Part shown: in pieces, positions 30,401 to 36,985 of the stretch
How positions within the stretch are numbered: position 1 is the stretch's first letter
Layout: every line of letters starts with the position of its first letter
Position numbers and translations under genes: made by a program
The notes under the pieces: generated by a model
The model's database searches: none
Told to the model about the DNA's origin: nothing
Seen by the model: the letters and a program-made list of their open reading frames with translations, nothing else
DNA from: a virus
DNA: 64,000 nt
Reading direction: 5' to 3' (one strand)
Virus record (IMG/VR): IMGVR_UViG_3300044712_000083
Location: 50,192 to 114,191 of that record

Positions 30401-30434
30401 TAACTCCAGCAATTTTTAAGATTTGAGCTTTCAT
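27417..30434 (-). CDS. Cargo/ejection protein with glycine-zipper membrane segments and xxxGG repeats
   Basis: AIGGLAGAYFGPAGSAIGSAAGGFIGGIIG, GNSHD...EIETNE, a Gln/Ala-rich helical C-terminal half, and many (F/L/M/Y)xxGG motifs. Confidence 0.7.
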   Translation of the reverse strand: MKAQILKIAGVKTEAEFYKKYPTEEAFMEKHGKKLQKAQYSAVIKKAQAPVNIQSTTDAMDKSIDKGISVEDSYAAAKKAKKERNEKFIKTALSSANSIVGGLQALSEERDQLRKMDALAKIADLEKGIKPVEQYPQRIMRPEDSRTTPGQMYKPLGDPNFTYLSRNGSEIGGNPTEIQNMYNPGDLYSDLGFEPLGDSNIKQFQTGGTIDYAKFAPTFGAIGGSAGSAFSGGKFKTNTAADTGSAIGGLAGAYFGPAGSAIGSAAGGFIGGIIGQNAMEEAEKKRNKGIGLVGTASTQDLLQSKYKSFAKNGMTLEEGGYMNPEYNPQVIAKFGDYDVDQLFAPPADADMLRAGGHLKEYTPPSERAMYTGRDLPYQMQYGGQMQGSTSDGELHALWGGGFEPLSYNPVTGTTIDLAVGNSHDKRDSRTGQTGIGVGYEQGGTIDDAQAEIETNEPVMSMQNGGNSGDKIVVGAMVNPITNRQFKKDVKDIAMKEQKQTKLLQKAADLANKTKTYTTIDKIRLNTAKAIEDGAKMKLGQLGQQNQEYAILQNAIKDTAQEFGYKAADLAKGKITPLKESDIYGRHGLALGKDGLNMKTLGDLAALYQTAVKTKDAMAIGKFQKAALEALGADEVKRITGMKKVTKKGVVDGRFGPATNALGKAVTKKIYDTVEPRNTSIDTAVQPIPKGEEPKEYAPNVPNWMPAESRVFTPGVSEAEEKLRKAKKNAATPKDNSLLNIFGSALNSLVPFVQGSDQYKLDANQLLGERFALANNQQEPVFAQSYTPELIAPYSIGMDDQINQVTSEANAAYRLMQNNPELAANAAAQAYNAKNQIRSKALLANQEQRFNVMKANTDALNQAKMANIQLYADQADKMVGAKQNTIKQTQAALESIGEKIAKARNEQMQFNVARATFPAFNYTPGGQAYKNPLYNTFFNMSGGGSSKSRGMGVIDDESGNTLLPQYDPYGNIKGYTIKKTKASSDDDTEDVLTRNGGNLARAIKNL

Positions 30435-30435
30435 A

Positions 30436-33400
30436 TTAATCTTGGTATTTATCTAACCAGCCGCCTGGTTGTTTAGTGTTGTAATTAGTAAAGTTAGTTA
30501 ATTGGTCCAGCTTTGTCAACTGTCCTCCTTGTTTCATCATAGGGTACTCTGTAACAGAATCTCCAATGTATTGATACTCTTGGTTAGGATACATCATTTG
30601 CATGTCTCCTGTGTCAGATATACCTAGTACAGGATAAGGTACACCTTTCATTGTTATCTTATTAGATTTGATCTTAGTAACTTTTCCAGGATGAGCCCAT
30701 TGTCCCATATCATCTTCAATCACAGAACCGTTCTTAGAGATTGATTTAGGTTTGAAGTCTAAACCATTCTGATAAAACTGCATTCCATTTTGTGCCATAG
30801 GTAATCCTTGTTGAGGATCATTGGCTGCAATAGTATTTAATAGTTCAACAACATCCTCAGGACTCATTATTTTTAAAAGATCTCTTAGTCCAGAGACTTT
30901 ACCTTTTAAACTATTAACATGTTCAAGTGTAGCTTTATCTGTTTTAGGATCATAATACTGATATTGATTATCACTTGATTTAAAACCTGAACCAAAACCT
31001 GAACCAGAAGATTGAGCACCTACATTATTACTTTCATCATTTTTTATTAATAAAGGATATTTCTTCAATGCTCCACGAATCTCTTGAAGTCTACCTGTAA
31101 CTTCTGTTGGCTCACTTAAATACCTATATTTATCCACACCAACCTTTTCTAACTTCTTACTTACTTGTTCAGAAGTTCCCATTGTTTTATTAGAAATTAA
31201 ATTCTTTTCATACTCAGTTAGATATCTTCCCCCATCATCATAAGCATGTCTAAATTCATGTCTTACTGTATTTCCAAATTCATCAATACCATACTTATCT
31301 AAATTATCACTTAATGATATTAATGCACCTTTATTTTCAGGATCATAGTAACCAAGTACAGGACCTGTACCACTAGCTGTTCCACTACCTGTAACAAACT
31401 CTACTGTAGGATTAGCTAATTTACTTTCTCTTTTAACAAGTAGTTCCTTTGTTCTTTTATCTAAAGCATCTTTATCTACAGCACCTAAATCAATATTTTG
31501 TTCAGCAGCCATATCATGTCTAACTGCATCTTCAAGCATGTTATATCTAAACTTAGATCTACCTTCTTCAATAATATCCAAAGGTGCTCTATTCATTATC
31601 TCTTCTTCTTGCTTAATTCTTCTTTTATTTTTTGTAGTTGATTGTTTAACAGGTTCTGTTTCATTTAATTCTATACCATCTACTGCAGAAGGTAATGTCT
31701 TCTTAGCATACGGACCATTGCTAGGAGCAGGATTGTTTGTACGTGCGTATGTGAATCCTACAGCTCCTGGAAGAGAGCCCCCCATTGCATAATCTCTAGT
31801 TTTAAATAGTAAAGGAATGTTCTTATTCTTTTCTACATAGTCATGTCTAAACTTAGCAAAGTCTTCAGCAGATTGTATAGTTTTAAATGGACCACCTAAA
31901 TGTTCTCCTGTAAAATTAAACAATCCTTCAGGATCCTCCACTAATCTTCCTTGTTTAAATCCTGGAACTAAGTAGTACTCACCATCTTTACCAACTGTTG
32001 TAGAATACTCTGTAGATATTCCGTTTTCTCTTGGATTATATCCAATATTTTGAAAAGTTTGAGTTGGTTGTAAGAACTTCTTAACAGGTCCACCATCTTC
32101 AAACTGTCCTCCCCATGCAGGAGAATAGTTACGTCCTACGTTACTATATCCACTACCTTCATATCCTTCAGGAGCTGAGACTGTATAGTTGTTAGCATTT
32201 AAGTCTCCACCATCTTCATACTTATCTAACCAACCTCCTTCTTTAAATTGTAAGAATGGTTTAGTAAGTTTAATCTCAGTAGTTGGAGTTATAGAATTGA
32301 TAGGAGCATGTTGCTTAATATTGCTCTTTACTTTATTTAAGTAATCAAATCCTTCAAACTTTGGGTTATCTTTAAACTCATAGAAGTAATCTACAAGTTC
32401 TTGATTGTTAGCTTTACTTGGAGAGTTCCAAGATAACGTAGCCATATCATATAACTTCTGATCACTCCAATCAGGATGCTTCTTTGCTAATGAATTTTTT
32501 AAATCATAGAAGTTAGCTATTGCTGCAGTTAATTCATTTTCAGCACTGTTGTAAAAATCATTCTTACCACCTTTACCTATTTTTAAATCTCCTTCAGTTA
32601 AACCTAATCTCTTTGCTGTTTTAGATAAGTATTTTTGTCTAAATGTACCAACAGATGGATCTGTATTAGATAAAGCAAAAGGCTTTGGTCTATTATAAGT
32701 AGTAGTATATAAACTCTCCAATGCTTCATTAAATGAAATACCTTCTTTCTCTGCTAGTTTACTAGCTTCCATTTGCATTTTACTTTTGCCAGGAAATTCT
32801 AATAAATCTGGATTCTCTACATATTTTCTATTGCCATATTCTTTAACAGCATTTATAACTTCCTTAACAGGTTTAGTTAATCCTACTTCTCTTAATTTAT
32901 CTTGAATTAGTACTTTGGCTTTAGTTAAACCTTTTGCCATTTTACCAGACATCTTAGATTCTTGGATACCAATACCTAATACATGTCTGAAGATTTGATC
33001 AAGCTCATCTGCATGAATACCTAAGTTACCAATTAATGTAGGTTTTATTTTATCATAAACTTCTTTATAAGGTTCTAGTTCTGGACTCACTCCAAAATCT
33101 ATTGTACCTGTATTTAAGTTTATATCATTTAGAATAGCTCTCTTTGCAATCTCTTTGGACTTACCTACAAATTGCTGAGGTCTAACAATACTTCTAATTC
33201 CTCGATTAGAAGCAGCATTATAATAAACATTGTTTTGTATAGGCACAGTAATTAACCTACCATCAAAACTTTCACCAATCAATAGATTATTTCCATCTGG
33301 ACTCATGCCCACAACAGTTGCTCTATGATTAACACGTGGTTCTTTAAGATTTCCAGTAAGAGGAGATTGTTGAGGATGTGCAAGAAATGCGTCTGGACCA

Positions 33401-36099
33401 AACATCACTTGATCACCAACTTGTACATTTTTTAAAATATCCGAATTAAGTGGTCCGTGTGTACCTTCATTATATACTAACTCTCCCTCATTCTTTAACA
33501 TCTGATATGTAGTGTACCAAGCATTGTCTGCATTAGCAGCATAGTTATATGCTTCACCAGGAAGTATTTGTCTACTAACACTTGATGCTATAGAATTTGC
33601 AATCTTTGCACATTCTGCATCAGATCCACACCCATGCATTAATTTATTTCTCTGGTATAGATGACTTAAGTTTTTATCATATACTAGTTTCTTAAATTCT
33701 TTACTTGTTTTATAACCTGTTGGAAATAACCCACTACCAGACCCTGGTTCATAAATAGGTAGCTTGTATTGTTCTGCTAATTCTGGATAAGCATCCAAAT
33801 GCTGATCTATACTGCTAGAAAAGTCTCTACCTATATTAGTGTCAAATAAATCATCTATAATATGAGAAGGTCTTATGTAACGCTTTGGCTCAGCACTAGT
33901 ATTAATACTAGGTGTTCTACGCAGTGCACTAACTGCTTCTCCTAAAGTAGATCTTACTCCTGGTAATGCAGATGCTACAAACGGTAAAGCATTTAATGCT
34001 GTATATCCTGTTTGCAAAGATGCATCTGCTATATTTCCTGAAGTAGGATCTTTAAAAGCTTTCTTAACTGACTGTGCAACATTAGGTATATTATTAGCTG
34101 CCTCATATGCAAATCCAGCATTCAAAAGATTATTAGCAGTTAATCCTGCTACTCCAGCTATAGGAGCTTCCATTGCTGCTCCTATGTATGGTAATATTGC
34201 AGGACCAGCTACAGCACCCGCAGCTATGGCAGGAGTTGTATACATGAACTGATTAGCAGCTACATCACCTGCTGTTGGATTGTATCCAGTAGGGGTTAAT
34301 GAACCAAAGGTTTGGGCAAGCTGAGAGTTATTAATCATATCTTGTCTCTCTCTAGCTTTTTTAACTGCAGCTCTTTGAGAAGGTGATATGTTATCTGCAG
34401 AAATATATGTTTGTCTTTTAGCAGCTTCTGCAGCAAGTCTAGCTTTTTCTATCTCAGCATCTCTTGCTATTTCTTCTTTAGTCTTTAGACGTACTTTAGC
34501 TGGTTGTTGTACAGTTACAGCATCTTTCTTAGCAACAGTACCACTATATTGATATTTATCTAACTCACCCCCATTCTTGTATGGATTAAGAATAGATGTT
34601 GTAATTTCTGAAGGACCTGTTGTATTTTCTACACGTCTAATCAATCCTTTAGGTAATAATATTTCAGATTCATTAGGGAATTTACTATAACTTGTTGCAT
34701 TAGGAAATGCATAAGATTGCATTCTGCCACCTGGAAGAATTATATTATCTAAGAATTTATATTCATTTTGGTGATCCATGTTGTAAAAACTAGTAGGTAA
34801 TGATGTAGATAAAAACTCATTGTCTTTATATATATCTCCCACTTGTAATTCTGATCTACGTTTTTTACCAAGAAATGAATTAGTATTAGGATCAATTAAA
34901 TTTACATCGTAGTTATTAACTGTTCTATTAACTACTGTTTCTTTATTAATTTTATTTTTTAAAATTGCATCATTTAATCTATCAGATAATGTTGTAAAAT
35001 GATTTATTAAATTTTCAGGTAATTTTCCAGTTGCGGATACTCTATTATTAAAATAAGGATAATAACTTTCTGTATAAGCACCCATCAATGCTCGTTCTTC
35101 TGGAGTTAGTTTAGAAAGATCATAACCTTCAGTATCATAGAATTGCTTAGAGGCAACACCTCTTAGATCATAATTACCAGACTTCATGAAACTGTGTTCA
35201 GGAGCTATATAATCATTTATAGTATATTGTGGCAATCGATCTGCAACTCTTAATCTCATGTTCAATAACATAGCTTGATCAACAGCCTCTCGTGCGTTAA
35301 AATCTCCTTGACTGATTAAGTCAGGTCTTAGTTCATCAACTGCTTTATTATATATTTCCTTTAATTCCTTATCTGAAAACTTAGTAAAATCATTTCCAAG
35401 TGCTCGTTTAGCAAATTCTATATGTTGAGTAGGTTGATAATCAGAGATAGGTCTACCATATTTTTGATGTACGTTACGAGATACACCTGCTGCTTCTTGT
35501 AAAACATCATTAGTAGTATTAGCTACTTGACCAGCATCAGCAATATAATCTGTTACACCTGCAACTTTTGCAGCATTAGCTGGAATATTTGCAGCATTAG
35601 CAAATGGTCTATATGCTGCTAATCCTAATCCTGTAAGTCCCGCATTAAGTAAAGCAGAACCATAGTTACCTTGCAATGCATCTCTTCCTCCTAAATAACT
35701 AGAACCAGCCATGCTTAATAATGTACCAGCACCTTCAAGATATGGGGAAGCAGGTCCTGTGATTGGAGCAATCAGTTCTAGTCCACCGCCAATATATTGA
35801 GCCTTATTAGCAACATCGTCATACATCTTTTGTCTCTGCTCTTGTGTAGCTATGTCTTCCATAGCTTGCTTCATAGCAGGAGAAGCAGATGTACCTAGTT
35901 TATTAATGTAAGTTTTTCTCTTAGCTACCTCCTCATTAAACTTATCTTTTCGATTAGCTTCTATTCTTTTCAATTCTTGAGAATCCAATACCTTTGGAAT
36001 AACTACTTTATCTTTCTTAACAGTAGTTAATCCAAATGGATCTAAATTACCATCGTAAGCATATTTATCTAACCAACCTGAAGATTTCTGCTTTCCCAT
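30436..36099 (-). CDS. Polyvalent cargo protein: ADP-ribosyltransferase, Cys-His amidase-like, lysozyme-like and zincin metallopeptidase domains
   Basis: ART: R...FLSTS...ESEILLPKG. Amidase-like: ECAKIAN...NAW...NHRATVVG. Lysozyme-like: GIQES...SVGTFRQ...SWNSP. Zincin: HEFRH...EPTEVTGR. The GWLDKY/GELDKY motif occurs 4 times. Confidence 0.75.
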   Translation of the reverse strand: MGKQKSSGWLDKYAYDGNLDPFGLTTVKKDKVVIPKVLDSQELKRIEANRKDKFNEEVAKRKTYINKLGTSASPAMKQAMEDIATQEQRQKMYDDVANKAQYIGGGLELIAPITGPASPYLEGAGTLLSMAGSSYLGGRDALQGNYGSALLNAGLTGLGLAAYRPFANAANIPANAAKVAGVTDYIADAGQVANTTNDVLQEAAGVSRNVHQKYGRPISDYQPTQHIEFAKRALGNDFTKFSDKELKEIYNKAVDELRPDLISQGDFNAREAVDQAMLLNMRLRVADRLPQYTINDYIAPEHSFMKSGNYDLRGVASKQFYDTEGYDLSKLTPEERALMGAYTESYYPYFNNRVSATGKLPENLINHFTTLSDRLNDAILKNKINKETVVNRTVNNYDVNLIDPNTNSFLGKKRRSELQVGDIYKDNEFLSTSLPTSFYNMDHQNEYKFLDNIILPGGRMQSYAFPNATSYSKFPNESEILLPKGLIRRVENTTGPSEITTSILNPYKNGGELDKYQYSGTVAKKDAVTVQQPAKVRLKTKEEIARDAEIEKARLAAEAAKRQTYISADNISPSQRAAVKKARERQDMINNSQLAQTFGSLTPTGYNPTAGDVAANQFMYTTPAIAAGAVAGPAILPYIGAAMEAPIAGVAGLTANNLLNAGFAYEAANNIPNVAQSVKKAFKDPTSGNIADASLQTGYTALNALPFVASALPGVRSTLGEAVSALRRTPSINTSAEPKRYIRPSHIIDDLFDTNIGRDFSSSIDQHLDAYPELAEQYKLPIYEPGSGSGLFPTGYKTSKEFKKLVYDKNLSHLYQRNKLMHGCGSDAECAKIANSIASSVSRQILPGEAYNYAANADNAWYTTYQMLKNEGELVYNEGTHGPLNSDILKNVQVGDQVMFGPDAFLAHPQQSPLTGNLKEPRVNHRATVVGMSPDGNNLLIGESFDGRLITVPIQNNVYYNAASNRGIRSIVRPQQFVGKSKEIAKRAILNDINLNTGTIDFGVSPELEPYKEVYDKIKPTLIGNLGIHADELDQIFRHVLGIGIQESKMSGKMAKGLTKAKVLIQDKLREVGLTKPVKEVINAVKEYGNRKYVENPDLLEFPGKSKMQMEASKLAEKEGISFNEALESLYTTTYNRPKPFALSNTDPSVGTFRQKYLSKTAKRLGLTEGDLKIGKGGKNDFYNSAENELTAAIANFYDLKNSLAKKHPDWSDQKLYDMATLSWNSPSKANNQELVDYFYEFKDNPKFEGFDYLNKVKSNIKQHAPINSITPTTEIKLTKPFLQFKEGGWLDKYEDGGDLNANNYTVSAPEGYEGSGYSNVGRNYSPAWGGQFEDGGPVKKFLQPTQTFQNIGYNPRENGISTEYSTTVGKDGEYYLVPGFKQGRLVEDPEGLFNFTGEHLGGPFKTIQSAEDFAKFRHDYVEKNKNIPLLFKTRDYAMGGSLPGAVGFTYARTNNPAPSNGPYAKKTLPSAVDGIELNETEPVKQSTTKNKRRIKQEEEIMNRAPLDIIEEGRSKFRYNMLEDAVRHDMAAEQNIDLGAVDKDALDKRTKELLVKRESKLANPTVEFVTGSGTASGTGPVLGYYDPENKGALISLSDNLDKYGIDEFGNTVRHEFRHAYDDGGRYLTEYEKNLISNKTMGTSEQVSKKLEKVGVDKYRYLSEPTEVTGRLQEIRGALKKYPLLIKNDESNNVGAQSSGSGFGSGFKSSDNQYQYYDPKTDKATLEHVNSLKGKVSGLRDLLKIMSPEDVVELLNTIAANDPQQGLPMAQNGMQFYQNGLDFKPKSISKNGSVIEDDMGQWAHPGKVTKIKSNKITMKGVPYPVLGISDTGDMQMMYPNQEYQYIGDSVTEYPMMKQGGQLTKLDQLTNFTNYNTKQPGGWLDKYQD

Positions 36100-36100
36100 A

Positions 36101-36967
36101 TTACTTGTAAGAGATTTGACTTGGAGCTAAAATGAATTGAGATACTAAATGAACTGTAGAACTATTATCTAAAATGTGTCTCACTTTTAAATCTTTAGCT
36201 CGTAGAGGTGCTTTGTTAAATGAACGTGTAGTATAATCTAAATTGCTTAGATTAAGCTCTTTATCTATTGATAAAGATTGACAAGTTGTACCGAACATTG
36301 GCTGGTTTGGATTCTTAAGAATAGACCAGAAAGTATTGTATTGATAGAAGTTGTCGGATTTGGTTACTAATATACTCTTACTATCGTTAAAATACAAGGG
36401 GTAAGCCATATATGCAGCAAGATTATTTTGTGGTTTAGGTACCAAGTTCAATAAACCTGTACATTGCTGACCATTATATAGGATAGCTTTGTTAAAATAT
36501 TTATTAGTTTGGATTACTGCATTGTCATTAAATACACCATCTGGTATAGGAAGATATTCGTAAGCTTTAGTAAAGTCTACAATATTTTGTAAAATCTCAT
36601 CTTGTACTTGATAAGCTATTGGATACTCAATAATGTATGGCTCAACATTACCATAGAACTTGTTATAGTTAATAACATCAGTTAAATGTCTCCATAGAGA
36701 TGTTGTATTAGTAGGAGTGAATACAATATTATTAATCTGAGCATTTGTTAAGTATTGAATATCAATGGACTTAACTGTCTTACACTTACCTATAGATGAC
36801 AATACAATCTTAGTCGCAGCGTCACTTACATTATTATAAGTGACACCAAGAATCAATTGTTGTTTTGTAACACCGCCCCCTAAAAACGTTCCGATATTAT
36901 CTCGAACGTCAAATGGACCGACACCATCTCCAGCACTTTCTAATTTTACAATTACTGTTTTAGGCAT
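36101..36967 (-). CDS. GPF-type small domain fused to the probable C-terminal part of the muzzle/tail stabilisation protein
   Basis: The N-terminal ~70 aa are paralogous to the N-termini of 47283..47897 and 47923..48561. They are followed by SLWRH...YNKFYG...PYIIEYP...FNKAILYN. Confidence 0.6.
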   Translation of the reverse strand: MPKTVIVKLESAGDGVGPFDVRDNIGTFLGGGVTKQQLILGVTYNNVSDAATKIVLSSIGKCKTVKSIDIQYLTNAQINNIVFTPTNTTSLWRHLTDVINYNKFYGNVEPYIIEYPIAYQVQDEILQNIVDFTKAYEYLPIPDGVFNDNAVIQTNKYFNKAILYNGQQCTGLLNLVPKPQNNLAAYMAYPLYFNDSKSILVTKSDNFYQYNTFWSILKNPNQPMFGTTCQSLSIDKELNLSNLDYTTRSFNKAPLRAKDLKVRHILDNSSTVHLVSQFILAPSQISYK

Positions 36968-36985
36968 TTTCTTTTCTTTTATTTA

